Positions 23,565 through 37,694 of a stretch of 64,000 nucleotides of DNA are shown here, piece after piece (within the stretch, counting starts at the first letter, position 1; every line of letters starts with the position of its first letter). The notes below the pieces were generated by a model. The model did not search any database and was not told where the DNA came from. It was given only the letters and a program-made list of their open reading frames with translations. This DNA comes from Trichoplax sp. H2 (lineage: Eukaryota): the NCBI GenBank assembly GCA_003344405.1, contig NOWV01000180.1, positions 1 to 64,000 on the forward strand, given 5' to 3'. A program made the translations under genes and the position numbers.

Positions 23565-26500
23565 ATGGCGGCGACTGTAACTCCTTTAGCAGTGAGTGGA
23601 GAAAGGACAAGTGGCGCAAATATTCGTTCTCAGAATGGTAATTGCCATAGTTATAGGGAATGATATAAATTGTGTAATTTTTAGATGAATCTACTGAATT
23701 ACTAGCTAACATGATATAGATATTCATTAACTATAAGTAACGCCGTCAACAGCGATAGAGATACGCGTAGAATCGGAGAGCGGCACTCGTAGATGGACAG
23801 TATGTACTCGTCATGACTACAGTTATTAGTGAACATAAATGAAGAGAAATTGATCATGTAGATATTAGTATCTGTCTACTATTTTTTAATATGACAAACA
23901 AGCGGTTGGAATCGATTATACTGGCTGTATCGATAGTAATTGAGTACTTGAGTACGGCTCCAGAGAAAACTGAAGCTTGACGCTAACGTACAGTAGATTT
24001 GGACTCTGAACAAGTGGATTTTGATGATAGCAGCGTTGGAAATTTGAATGAATCATACAGCATAATGATACGTATAGCCAGTCTTGTAACTACTATTCTA
24101 CTGCGGGAATGATTATTCCACATGCAGCAATTCTTAAAATCCTAGCTACCTAGATCTGCGATTATGTTTTATGTATGGACATATCGCCGTATATGAGATA
24201 GGATCTCGCCATTGCCGTAGTTATTGCAAGTCATTGCCAGCTGTTCGTTACGGCATTTCCTTAGGTATTTGTAATTGGATCAAATACAATTAAACTCATA
24301 AAGTATCAAGACTGCTCTACTCGACAAAAACGGTTTATGCGTCTTACCTAATTATGATTAGAAAAATGCTGTAGATATAGACGCTATTCCTAGTTTGTTA
24401 ATGCTGAAGTATTGTTGAAGAGTAACGTTCGAAGAAATGTCTAATTGAATCGTTCCATCAAGCACTTCCATCGTATATAGTACATACAGTATACTGTGTG
24501 TGACTACAATACAACCTTCTGACTGTAGTCATTACGTTGAACCGGCATGTTTCTGTATAGGAATTGATTTGAACGTGGAGTATTTCTCGTTGCACCATAA
24601 GAGAATAATCTACCTTACGACCTAATACCGTTGCTTTACTTAAAAAATGCAGTACTATTATTATAAATGAATTGCTGTAATACGCTCTGTAACAAATTTG
24701 GAATAGTTAATTATTACAGAATTTCTACTGCCATGTTCTGATTTACTGTGGTTATGGCTGTAGACTGATACAGTGAAAAAGTAGTAAAATTCGTAAAATA
24801 CTTCTTGGACTGTCTCAAAGTATTGGGAGTAATATTTGGATTGAATACTGTAGCATGTTTTGTGCCAAGGAAAACCTTTCAGTTCTTGTACAGTATATTA
24901 GTATAACTTGTTATTTACGCATTGAAGTATACACGTATATCATCATCAATTTTGTTTATACCAACATCATTACCTCAGGTGAGGCAGTCATTACCAATTT
25001 CTGTGTGGAAGTATAACGACGCAACTATTGGATTATCCTAAAATGTTTATGCAGAAACAAAATGTTGTATTGACTAATTAGAGTAATTGGAACCCGTATA
25101 AAATTTCTAAATAGTAATTATAATTGTCTATTTGATCGTCTTAGTTACCGCTGCGCTTTCGATTGCCAATATTGTCAAGAGTTCATTAGGACCAGTAGGC
25201 TTGGACAAGATGCTAGTTGATGAAGTCGGAGATGTAACAATAACTAACGATGGTGCTACCGTATTAAAAATGTTAGAAGTTGAGCATCCAGCGGCAAAGA
25301 TTCTTGTAGAGCTTGCAGATTTGCAAGATCAAGAAGTTGGAGATGGAACTACATCAGTGGTAATACTAATAGCATTTTACGTCATAAAGTATTCCATACT
25401 AAATCGTGTGATATTTAGTTGGTGTTCTTTATTGTAACTTGAATTCTTTTAGGTAATTGTCGCCGCTGAACTTTTAAAAAATGCTGAACAATTAGTTAAG
25501 AACAAGATTCATCCGACTTCTATAATTAGTGGCTATAGGCTTGCTTGCAAGTAAGTATCAGAAACGTATTCATAATACAATGTTGCTATTGTGCGATTAA
25601 AGTTTATTTTTATACTTTCCAGGGAAGCTTGCAAGTATATTAACGAACATCTTAGCGTATCAGTAGAAGAATTAGGAAGTGAATGTCTTATAAACGCCGC
25701 TAAAACATCCATGTCATCTAAACTAATTGGAATGTACGGGCTGACATAAATTCATGCTCAGTAAAATCATTATTTTTTTTAGTTTACAATGTGTACATAT
25801 AGATATCGTATAGATATATACGGCAGTAAGGAATTGTGTTAGTCACCGATAGGGATTTTGTAAGCTAAAAGTAAAATATAATTAGATAATGTATCGTTGT
25901 CTTATACTGTACTGTAAATTAGTCAAGTAAGTTTTGTTCAGTAAGAATTATTTTGAAAGTTATTTTGGTATTATTGATAATAGCAAAGGACGATCGGTAT
26001 CGTAATCCTCTATAACTTTTGCATGATAGGGATTCGGATTTTTTTTCTAAAATGGTTGTCGATGCTGCTCTAGCTGTTAAGAGGACGAATGCAAAAGGAG
26101 AAATCCGATGTCCTATTAAAGCTGTAAATATCCTTAAAGCACATGGACAGAGTTCCCTGGAAAGCGAATTAGTTCGCGGTTATGCCCTCAATTGTACAGT
26201 GGCATCTCAAGGTAATTGCGAAATAATGACCCATTAATTAATACTGTACTTGTTTATTAATGAGTATTTCTATTCTATTGGGTAGCTATGACCAAAAAGG
26301 TTGTAAAAGCAAAAATAGCTTGCCTGGATTTTAGTTTACAAAAGGTTAAAATGAAATTAGGTGTGCACGTTATTGTAGATGATCCCCAAAAGTTGGACGC
26401 TATACGTAAACGGTCCGTGAAATAATACCATTTAATAAGTAGCGTACTGTTAAAACTGCGAAAATTTGTAATTTTTGCAATATTATTGATCTATCATTAA

Positions 26501-27735
26501 TTATCGTAGGGAGTCCGATATCACGAAAGAAAGAATCACTAAGATATTAAAAACTGGAGCAAATGTTGTTCTTTGTACTGGTGGAATTGATGATTTGTGT
26601 CTGAAATATTTCGTCGAAGCTAAAGCTATGGCTGTACGACGTGTAACTAAGATTGATATGAAGCGTATAGCAAAAGCAACAGGAGGTATATAACATGATT
26701 GGTCGTATTGATAATTCAGAACAGAAAGTAATTTATAGAATAAATTTGAATCATTGTACTGGAAGTTAAAGTGATATAAGCATGTCTTGATTTATGCAGC
26801 AACCATGTTGTTGACGCTCGCTAACCTTGATGGTGAGGAAAGCTTTGAAGCGTCCATGCTTGGTGAAGCTGGTGAAGTTGTCCAAGATAAGATTTGTGAT
26901 GATGAACTTATTGTTATCAAAGAGTAAGATGAACTTATATTGAAGTGTAATTGTTATTTATTAATTATTAATGGTTAGTACTAAATATAAATCGATATAT
27001 CTATTGCATAGGCCAAAGTCTCGTATGGCTGCTTCTATGATCCTTCGAGGAGCGAACGATTTCATGCTAGACGAAATGGACAGGTCGATTCATGATGCCT
27101 TGTGTGTCGTTCGGCGCGTAATTGAATCGAATGCTGTAGTTCCTGGTGGTGGGGCTGTTGAGGCGGCTTTATCGATATACTTAGAAAATTTCGCTACTTC
27201 ACTGGTGAGCGGTTAATGATTCACTTATGACTCTATGATAGTAAAATTAATACCTATTCATTACAATTTATATTGAATAGAGTTCCAGGGAACAACTCGC
27301 TATTGCGGAATTTGCTAGATCCCTATTGGTTATACCGAAAACGTTGAGTGTTAACGCGGCTCAAGATGCAACTGAACTTGTAGCAAAGTTAAGAGCATGC
27401 CACAGTAGCTCGCAAACGGATTCTAAGCTTGCAAGTCTTAAATGGTATTTTGCATTGTTTACTTATATGACGTTTAAGTTATATTAAGCAATATTTGCTA
27501 ATTGTAAGTATTTTCTATCCAAAGGATGGGTTTGGATTTGGTTGATGGGATAATTAGAGATAACAAAGGTGCTGGTGTTTTAGAACCAACTATCAGTAAA
27601 ACTAAGAGTTTAAAGTTTGCCACTGAAGCTGCTATTACTATACTACGAATCGATGATATGATTAAACTTTATCCTGATGAAAAACCAGATGCAGGCCAAT
27701 CGTATCAAGATGCCGTTGCATCAGGACGTCTTTAA
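23565..27735 (+). CDS. TCP1: T-complex protein 1 subunit alpha (CCT1)
   Basis: Exon 1 (23565-23637) [24 protein letters not shown]; exon 2 from 25145 [20 protein letters not shown]...[11 protein letters not shown]; later [44 protein letters not shown]. Confidence 0.97.
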
Positions 27736-29347
27736 GCGTATCCCTGATTATCGATCATAAAATCTTTGGCGTTGCATCTTAACGTGCTAAATTTATTATG
27801 ATTTACCTTTTTGATAACCTGTATTGTTCGATAGTGCTGTAATTGAAACTTTCGAGGAGATTGCTGTGGCTAATATTTGGAATCTGTGTTGTTGCGCTGA
27901 AGTAAATTCGGCACTATAGTTCTTTTTATCTAATTTTATTATTCCTTTGAAATATGCAATTGATTATTAAGTATTAGCCTTACTAATATAATTGATAATG
28001 AATTAATGAAACGATATGGCGATAACTTTATCTTCACGATAGTGATTTTAAAATCGTCATAATTTCTTTTAGTTCTTGACGTTTCATAATAAATCTAATA
28101 TTGCTAAAACGTTTCTCGCCAATGCTTATACTGAATGATTTCAAATAAGATTGAACTAAAAGCGCGATTTTATATAGTATTTAATATTTTTCAAGTTTAT
28201 GTTTAAGTTTCCATATACATTTGCAATCGTTTATAGTGCAATTATGGCGCTGTTTAGTTAAATCTATTTAGCGATACTAGTTGATCGAAGGATGTCATTC
28301 AAGTAGTTCGTGAGCCCTAAACATAAAATTAGATTAGATCTATTCTACAGGTTGTAGTTTTATTCTCTACCACTGGGGAGGTTAAGTTATACGAATCCCG
28401 GAACCATGCAAACTATTGTCGGTGTTATTATGAGTAATACAAGAGTGATATTTTTGGTGTTGCTGTTTCACCTAAGGTTCTACTTTTAAGGAATTCCATT
28501 TTTGACTCTTTAGATGTAGATTAACATGAGAAAATTCAAGGCGGTAACTTGTTCAGTTATAGGGCTCTTTAGTGTATTATCGTTTCTTGAAGTTAATAAA
28601 GTCTTAGTTCAAAGTAGCCCATTTTGATTGATTTGGATTATTCAAAATTTAAAGATGATTAAAGCATCGATTCATTGGATTAAAGCATGCTTGTCTATCA
28701 ATACTCATATGTGCATTTTAGTTCATCCAACTTTTTAAGCTGATACCTCGACCTTGGTGACAATATTGCAGCATTCCCTAATAAGCATACGCTCGTATAG
28801 GTACAGAAAGGGGAAGAATGCTTGCTAGCAGCCTCCATTGTCTTAGCAATGACAAAAATGAAAATAACCATACTCATCTACAGTAATTATTTAACGTAAT
28901 GGAGCAATATAATGTGTACACTTGCAAAGTAGACACAAAATATCCTTCTTGACTTTCATTCAATTTTGGATCGTATTAGCAAACTTAACAGTAATGCTCT
29001 ACAGCAAAGATCGTTCAGATTGTCTCCCCATCATCGTCGTGGTCTATCGACCGCCTATTGTATGTCGTATACATGCACTACTGCACACTCTACAGTATCA
29101 AACAGGTCTGTAAAATAGCGACAGCCACTCAAAGTGTACAGTGCATGGATTTACTATACCAGGACAGTACTACAGTACATAGTACAGTAGCACATCGTGA
29201 TTTTCACTCCAGTGCCATACTGTACAGTACGATACTGTAAGACTAATACTTGATACTGTGGCTGCGGCTAGAGCTTCAAAATTCGCTTCCGATCCAACAT
29301 CCATTTGACATCGAAATCGGAGAAGTGCTGGTATCTTGTAGAGCGAT

Positions 29348-32300
29348 ATGAGCTCAAAATCGGTTTTAACATCTCTTCGTAGGTATGATGCTTTTCCAAA
29401 GACCTTGGAAGATTTTAGGATAAGGACATTCGGTGGAGCAACCAGTAAGTATTTCGATATTGTATTTTTAAGCAATATGAAGTACTTAGTATTTAGTGTA
29501 GAACAAAGGTATTGAGTTCATTTGGATTCTATCGATAGATTCGTACTGTATAAACAGGAACAGGAGACAAACTTCCACTTTGCTTTTTCTTATAGAAGCA
29601 TTAACATACTGTAGATTGATACATTTATATCAGTAATAATCATCTCGATACCGTAAAAGAGTAACGGATGAGCTTGAGTTATACAATGGCTCATCTTCTC
29701 TAGTTTATGCAACTATGTAAAACTGTGGTTTAACCGCACTGTATTTATTTGGATCATACTAACAATTAGTATTAAGTGGACGAAGTGGTAAATAGCGTTG
29801 ATGATCGTTCCAGCCCTCTAATTCTTATCCATACATCGCTGTAGATCAGCAGATTTTCAATCTCGATATGGATTAACATACGAGTCAAACATTTTTGCAT
29901 AGATTTATTCCACAATAGTCAGTTGACATGTGAGCAAAGTCTCGCTTTCTAATCTCGAAATGGTACTGACTAGAGTACTCTTGTCAGCTTACAAGATAAT
30001 TACAGTACTAGTTATGGCAGAGAGCGAACAGTGATGAAACCTGTCTAGTTTATACTCTCCGCATTTCTGATCGTATAATAATACTACTAATAAGAATCAT
30101 CTATTATCTTTTTCCCTGATTGACAAACAAGTAAACCCGAATGGAGATATCGATACCAACCCCCATATCTCAAATACGAAAGAGCGTGAAGGCTGTGCTG
30201 TACAGTGTACATACAGTATTTACCAGCAGTACTTTACTCACGATTATTCGCTTCCATATACAGTACATTAACTCTCTTTTTAAAATTCAAAGATCGGTAT
30301 AGCTAAAATCGCGTAAATTAAAATTTTCTGTCATTCTCTGATACTCTAGAACCTTAGAATCCAAATTCTTTGTTCAATCAAGGTCTTGTAAAATATTTAT
30401 AACTAATCCACCATTGTACAACCTAACCTATACTATTACCTATATTACTACAGTTCATACAATAACCTAATATACCGACTACCTTAAAAATACACTAGAC
30501 ATTACATGCATTCTACACGAAAGCCAGATAGCAAAAACAACTTAGGGATTGCATTAACGCATCTTAGCTTATAGCAATCTGAATTTATATAACTTTATAT
30601 GATTACCGCTAGTTCCTCTAAGAATGACGACTGATAGTTCTTGAGGAAAAATCTGGAAATTTTAGATAATTATTAAATAAATTTCGACGTCTGATTAATG
30701 ATGAACATTTATTTAACAGAACATGCTGTACCCTGCAATATCCTTGCGTGATATTGAAGTCTTACTATGTCTATACTGTGCTTAACTGTTATTTTTTCTT
30801 CGCAGTTACCATCGTAAGTGCTGTAATTATGCTCTTGCTATTTGTCTCTGAGATGAATTATTACTTATCGGTTGAGGTAAGAAATAGATAGCTATCGTAT
30901 GTAACTTTTTGACCATAAAATACTCGTCCCGTATTGCATTAACAGTACGTATACGAGTAAATCGAGAATGTATTTAGATTCAAAGATTAGCTTTTCAACA
31001 TGTTTTATTTATAATCCGGTCTTTATTTTAAAATTGATGTATTTACCTAAGTCAGATAGGATATTGTAAATTATCATAAGTCGATCAAATTAATTTTTTT
31101 AGACGGTCGCTGTGTTTAATATAGTACACACATTTCACACCAATATAACACCTATATCTATTTTTTATTCTAACACAGATTAATCTCATTTTTCCTTCGT
31201 AGGTAACTTCGGAACTCTTTGTAGATACTTCTAGAGGCGAAAAAATAAAGATATATATGAATGTAACCTTTCCGAAAATGGCATGTGCAAGTAAAAACTG
31301 TAGATGAAATTTGTCTTTATCTAAATCTAAATCTTCGTTTAACATTTCATTATATAGCTAATAGTGAGGTATCTAGTACTCAAGTTTAAGATTGTTTTTA
31401 CATTTCAAGTACTTAGTGTAGATACAATGGATGTTGCTGGTATGCAACAACTAGATATCAAGCAAAATTTAATGAAACGGCGCATAGATGAGAATGGTAA
31501 ACCTACAGGAGATGTTATAGTGCAAAGTAAGTAGTTTTTGCTATTGCTACCGCAAATATCATTCTTCTGCACTTGTCTTTATAGTATGTTAACACCAGTT
31601 GCTACATTTTGTTTGTTCAGATTGCTTGTTTAACTGCTATATTCGTATTTTATTATTCATTTATTTAAGAAATCAGCAACACAACTACCGACTCTAAGGT
31701 TAGCTGGTCAAATAGTGAACGTCAATGATGAGCTCGATATAGCATAGATCTATTTGTCTGAATGACTACCTTTAATCTCCTAGGCTGTTCAAAAGAATAA
31801 AACTAAATGTGGATCCTGCTATGGAGCTGAAAATGCTGAGATGAAGTTAGATTATTTCTATACCCGTGCGAAATTTGTAGCATAAGAAATTTTTTGGATT
31901 TTGTGTTTACTTGTGTGATCTTTACACGGTATCAGATGTTGCAATTCATGTGAAGATGTCAGGGAAGCTTACCGAAAAAAAGGTTGGGCCTTAACCAGCC
32001 CTGAAGGTATAGAGCAGGTTCGTTGTTATCAAATAGGCATTGTTTATTCATACTGTTAATTGTAGGAAATTCGTAAAACATTATAATGATATGGCATCTT
32101 ACTTTTAAAGTTTGCAAGCATGACCGTTCTGACTAATATTGTAAATAGAATTTAGAATTTGATACAAATTCTAATGATTGATATAAATTTCTTTAAAGTG
32201 TCAAGAAGAAGGATGGGCTCAAATGTTAAAAGAGCAAGAAAAGGAAGGTTGCAATGTATTCGGTTATTTAGAAGTTAATAAGGTAGTTTCAAGTTTGCAT

Positions 32301-33590
32301 TGTAGTGATATAGTAACCTACTAGATATTCCGTGAAATTATGTCTTAGCATTTGAACTATTATTAAGGATTTTTTGTCCAATGAACTAATTTTAGGTTGC
32401 TGGTAACTTTCACTTCGCTCCTGGGAAGAGTTTCCAACAGCATCGTGTTCATGGTAACGCTTGACTTCATAGTTTGGCAATTTACACATAGCTTCCATGA
32501 CAAGTATTGATTTGTAAGATAAACTTTTTCTTTTACTTAATTTAGTACATGATTTGCAGTCATTTGGATCACGCAAGGTAATGTGAAAGTAAATTAGTCT
32601 GCCTTTTTTGCTAGTAATGTATTTTTGAGTTCTAATGAATTGCTGATCTTACTCTTATTTGGACCCACTACGTACATAAAACTAGTTTAATACGTCTCAT
32701 ACCATTCACAAATTGTCATTTGGAGAGGAATTTCCTGGAATTATAAATCCATTAGATGGCCATCGAATGTCTTCTGATCAAGGTAAACCATGAAAGTCTT
32801 TATTATCGCTAATACTATTTATTAATGAGAATAAATTCTTTAGATTCAGCTATGTACCAATACTTTATTAAAGTCGTTCCGACCGTTTATAAAAAGTTAA
32901 AAGGCGAGGTAAAATCTATTCAAACTTATGCTTTCTTAGCTTACGGTTTGATTACTTATTCTGGAAAGAATTTCTTTTAATTAGGAAGTCAAAAGCAACC
33001 AGTACTCAGTAACCAAGCATTTGAAGTATATTAAACTTAGTATGGGTGAGCAAGGTCTTCCAGGCGTCTTTATTTCGTATGAACTTTCTCCCATGATAAT
33101 CCGGTATGCCGAAAGAAGAAAGTAAGTGCGATAAACTTATTTGCTAAGATCAAATTATAGATTGTACGTATTACGGTAGACAGAATTGCTCAACTTGGCA
33201 TTAATTGTCTAGAGCACATATTATATATTGAATGATTGCTATAGTCAAGCACTAACAGCAGTACTCGTATATTGGATATTGTTCAATACTTGTTTGATTT
33301 AGTTATATTTATACTTATGGGGATCCATTACATTGTTTTAGGTCTTTCGCTCATTTTTTAACTGGTGTCTGCGCAATTATCGGTGGTGTATTCACAGGTA
33401 TTCACTAAGAATCTATAATTGTAATTTTGCTGCTTAATAACTTATAACTCGATTGTATCATGATTTATTATGTAAGTATTAAACGTATAAATTATCGCTT
33501 TTTCTTTCAATTACAGTTGCCAGCTTGATTGATGCTATGGTATATCATTCTGCGAAGATGTTAAAGATTGAGTTAGGAAAAGCATCATAG
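29348..33590 (+). CDS. ERGIC3: ER-Golgi intermediate compartment protein 3 (Erv46 orthologue), multi-exon
   Basis: MSSKSVLTSLRRYDAFPKTLEDFRIRTFGGA; CGSCYGAE..CCNSCEDVREAYRKKGW; EGCNVFGYLEVNKVAGNFHFAPGKSF; YFIKVVPT; PGVFISYELSP; HFLTGVCAIIGGVFTVA; ends KIELGKAS*. Confidence 0.96.
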
Positions 33591-35529
33591 TGACTTGTGG
33601 TTTTCATATATCACTCTATGACAATTTTATACTCCCACAATCAGCAATCCTTCTCAGGGATGGTGAAGGATACGCACTTCTCGACTTTGTATTCTTAACT
33701 GTTATTCATATGTTGTAAATACAGCATAGATAAATAAATTTTTTTAAGTGTTTATTGAGAACGTCACTTCAATATTCGAAGCAGGCATAATCGTCCGAAG
33801 TCATTTTTATATTGTGCATGGACATGAATTAGTGTGTGAGTGAACTTTTTCCTGATCTACCGCTTTGGTTTTCGTAATCTGAGCCTTGGTCGTGAAATCT
33901 GTACGTCTACTTTCAAATGCCTTAGTCGCTGTAGTATTAATCATGTCGATTTTTTCTTATTATGTATTATTGATATTTTAAAGATTATCAATAGATAAAT
34001 CGTTATTAGTACAGTGGTATGCGGCAGTGACAGGAAGAAAAATAATGTACTGTATATGTTCTATGTTGTCAACATAAGTGAAATGCCACCTTCATCTAGT
34101 CCTGTAAAGATCCAGTTTAAAGGAGGAGGTTGTCATTGCCGAATAATGTTACATCATTTTCACATTTGTAATGTAATGTACGATATAGTATGTGCGGAAA
34201 TAATCCAAATATGCTGGAAAGCTATCGAAGCCTTTAACGATACCATTACTATGTCAGAACGAGATCATCGCATGTGAAGGTTATCATTAATATGGTATAC
34301 TGCTTTAGCTCAGCGTTATTGTAGCAGCTTTTAAAAATCACTCACTATAAATTATTACGATTTAACGTGGTTTGCCTCTTCTTGTAAGCTTTCCTTGAGC
34401 GACCAAAAAAACAGTCTAATTTTACCAGGGGAATGTTGATTATAAAACATTCTTTTCAGATACCTAAAGTACACATATTGGATATACTTTGTGAAATGGA
34501 AGTAATTAAATCATTCATTCACCCACAGATGCGCGTAAGGATGAATGAACATTTTCATGCTGTACATTGAAATATAATAGTGGAATTATTTATTATCATT
34601 CCGGTAAATTCGAAATATCAGATATTTCATAAACAACAGAATTTCTAATCACAGAAAGATAAATAGACACACTTTCGATCGAGAAACAGTGTCACTGGTA
34701 TAATACATTGTACTGTACTGTACATACGTACGAAGATTACGTCCGTGATTTACTAACAAATGGTACAATTGAGGAAAGAGTAATAGAATAATAAATTTAA
34801 CTTTAAACAAAGGTCACCGATGCCAATAATACGTGTCTTGCTTTAGGATTAAGTCTGCTCGATAGAGTAGCACAAATCTGCGCAAACAATTAAGCACTTC
34901 ATACACGAAATTAAAGCAAGATTTATCCGTTCAAGAAATTGACAACAAATACCACTCTATTCGCATCTGAAATAGCATCGGTAAAACAATACTAATATAA
35001 CGTTAATTTTTACTCGGAGTGAAGATATTTTGCTACGCATGAATAACAAACGGTGCATATAGGAAAATTTCTGCTTTTGATTTTTTCTGAAAGGGATTAA
35101 AATGTCTTTCCAAATAAAAGTGAAGTATTCTTGCGACATTGTAATGTCATCATTCGTTTACTGTTAGAAATGAATTCATCCGTATAAATTATACATTTAT
35201 AGATTACTTATAGATCCTAGAACTCATTTAAAAAAATATATTTTAATATCAAAATTGTTGTATTCAAGTATTGGCGGAGATAAGAAATTAAGAACAGTTT
35301 GGTAATGGCAAGTAGGTATACTTTACAACAGTCGTTTCTCGTACCCATAATTTCATACTAAGTGGAGAAATGTAGGAATGCTATGGCCACTTTCAAGTGT
35401 TTACGCTTAACATGCTTTCCTAATTGAAAAAAAGACATTTATCCTATTTCATCTCCTTCTGAGTGCGAGAGGTAGAGTATCCATCAACTGCAGCTGTAGT
35501 ATACGTATCTCGTACATCATTTGCATCGG

Positions 35530-36273
35530 TCACTGCTGCATCGCTTCTTGGTATTGGGAAGTCAACGATTCAACGGGTATATCCATGAGATCAGAAACAA
35601 GCCGGAGAATTTCCATTTTGTCTACTTCTACTCGCGATCGCTGACCCCAGGAGTATTCGATGATAAATTCACCATTGACAAGTTCTTTAGTACGATGTAA
35701 ATACATGGTTTTTACAAACTGATCAATCTTTTTGGAGATGTCACCAAATACATAATGAGGTTTACGTTTATCAAATTCAAGGAGGGCTTGCAGCTTATCT
35801 ACTAAATCGGTTTCTTTCATCGTGCCTCCTATCATAAAGATGATGGCTAATATGATTGTCAACAGTCCATATTCTTCAATATGATCGGTGCTATTAATGA
35901 TATTTTGGTTTTCCGTTGGCAAAGTGTTACGCAGAAAATAGCGATTTTCAGCAGAAGTTTTGGTTTTTTCCTTGATGGATTCGTCGCCTTGATCACGAGA
36001 TATAGCCACTACTTCTACACCAAAAACTTTCAACAGTTCGTCTTTCGCTAACGTCATGACTTTATCGAAATATTTTTTATAATCGAAAAGCACATCCTTT
36101 AAAATATCTGATCTTTTAATTGGAGTTCGATTACACTGTTTAAATAGAAAGTAGCGAACTAGCTCCGTGGATAATGTTGACAAGTCAGCATTTGAATTTT
36201 GTGATTGGATTGCCATACCTTGGCTTGAAGTCGGGGTATTGGAGTCATCGACATCCATTGGTTCATCAGCCAT
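35530..36273 (-). CDS. NSMCE3: MAGE-homology-domain protein (NSE3/MAGEG1-like SMC5/6 subunit), 247 aa, intronless CDS
   Basis: ELVRYFLFKQCNRTPIKRSDILK, A..EL.KVFG, GLLTIILAIIF, HYVFGD, FVKTMYL, EYSWGQRSRVEVDKMEILRLV are MAGE winged-helix motifs. Confidence 0.9.
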   Translation of the reverse strand: MADEPMDVDDSNTPTSSQGMAIQSQNSNADLSTLSTELVRYFLFKQCNRTPIKRSDILKDVLFDYKKYFDKVMTLAKDELLKVFGVEVVAISRDQGDESIKEKTKTSAENRYFLRNTLPTENQNIINSTDHIEEYGLLTIILAIIFMIGGTMKETDLVDKLQALLEFDKRKPHYVFGDISKKIDQFVKTMYLHRTKELVNGEFIIEYSWGQRSRVEVDKMEILRLVSDLMDIPVESLTSQYQEAMQQ

Positions 36274-36542
36274 TTCGATCAGGAATGTTCGATTATCGTG
36301 TCGTGTACTTGTATATTTACAAAGGCGTATGGGATTGCCAATTCCACAGTAGCTTTACTTCAGTTAAGAGGATATCTTCCAATACAGTAATCAATGATGG
36401 AGATGTCAGTTTAAAACTAGATGACCTAGACTACAGGTAAGCAACTGGAAAGATGGCGGTATACCTGGATTTCGCGTATTAATGTCTGTTTGCTTTCGTT
36501 TCAGCCGTAGCACAGGTTGGTTGGCGCCTTGGCGGGCAGGTG

Positions 36543-36991
36543 CGGCAAAGTACAGTGTACTGTACTGTAGAGTCTATAATGTACTGTAGACTACTGTACT
36601 GTACTGTACTGTAATCACTATACCAGTACGTACAGACGTACAGTACAGTATAGACATGATATTTAGCAGCATTCGGCTGGTTAAAAGATACGGCAAAGTA
36701 CAGTACAGTACAGTACAGTATAGTACAGTACTGTAGAGTCTACAGTACAATGTAGACTACAGTACTGTACAACTGTAATTAGGACTGACTGTAATCACCA
36801 ATACCTTACGTACAGACGTACAGACGTGACATTCAGCAGCAGTACTGTACACTGTACAGTACTGTATACTGTAGAGTTTACTGTACAATGTACTGTAGAC
36901 TACTATACTGTACTGTACTGTAATTACCATACCTGTACGTACAGACGTGCAGACGTGACATTCAGCAGCATTCATCGGCTGGTTAAAAGAT
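36543..36991. repeat. Nested tandem repeats built on TACAG/CTGTA upstream of the MAGE gene
   Basis: CGGCAAAGTACAG at 36543 and 36691; TACGTACAGACGT three times; GGCTGGTTAAAAGATA twice. Confidence 0.85.
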
Positions 36992-37674
36992 AAACAAACA
37001 CACTTAATATTGAAGTTTCTCCGTTTGATTACGGTTCTTCTAGGGACTTTGAAGACTACAATTAGTCATACAAGTCTCTGGTTCTACCTAGTTCTACCAT
37101 ACTATGGACTACTAAAACAAGATCTTTTTCTGGTAGTCCATGATCGTATGCACTCATGGCTCACTGTACTTTATACTGTGCAGTTTAGTAAATAAATAAA
37201 AATGCGCTTGTGTGCTACTTGAAATTCAATTCAATTCTTTTATCCCAACGTAGTTGCAGTGATCGCTGATAGACGATAGCGGTCTCTTATCCACATGAAT
37301 CTTCTGGATATTGGTGCAGCAATAATAATAATTCTAATTTAGGAGTAGAATCAAATTCATGATTTTACTGTACTGTGCCATTGTGTCATGGACTACGAGA
37401 AGAAAACTAGGTTGTTTTCATGTAGTCCATGGTGCCATGCCTAATGATGCATGGCACTCCGTTGTACAATATTAAGATCTTTTCCTCATCCTGTGTCTGT
37501 ACAGTACTGCCTAAAGTAGAAAACCAACTCGCCATGATCATTGCGAGTACTAACTACAGTATAACTGGATCACCAAGGATTTTTGTCATGCTGTACAGTA
37601 CTCAAGTCTGTGATCTTAACTCTTGAGATCGGAGATTTGAATACAGCATGACTCTGATTGTTAGCTCCCCCCCC

Positions 37675-37694
37675 NNNNNNNNNNNNNNNNNNNN
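37675..37694. other. Assembly gap (20 N) within a poly-C run
   Basis: N run flanked by C tracts. Confidence 0.99.

Noticed and set aside
33647-33675. ATCCTTC/GAAGGAT hairpin in the ERGIC3 3' UTR and a minus-strand GTATCCTT (U12 donor-like)
   Set aside because: A 7-bp stem is expected by chance, and there is no minus-strand exon context for a U12 intron.
34014-35500. Exon-like blocks and short ORFs between ERGIC3 and MAGE
   Set aside because: Could not chain them into an open frame or recognise a domain; may be UTR.
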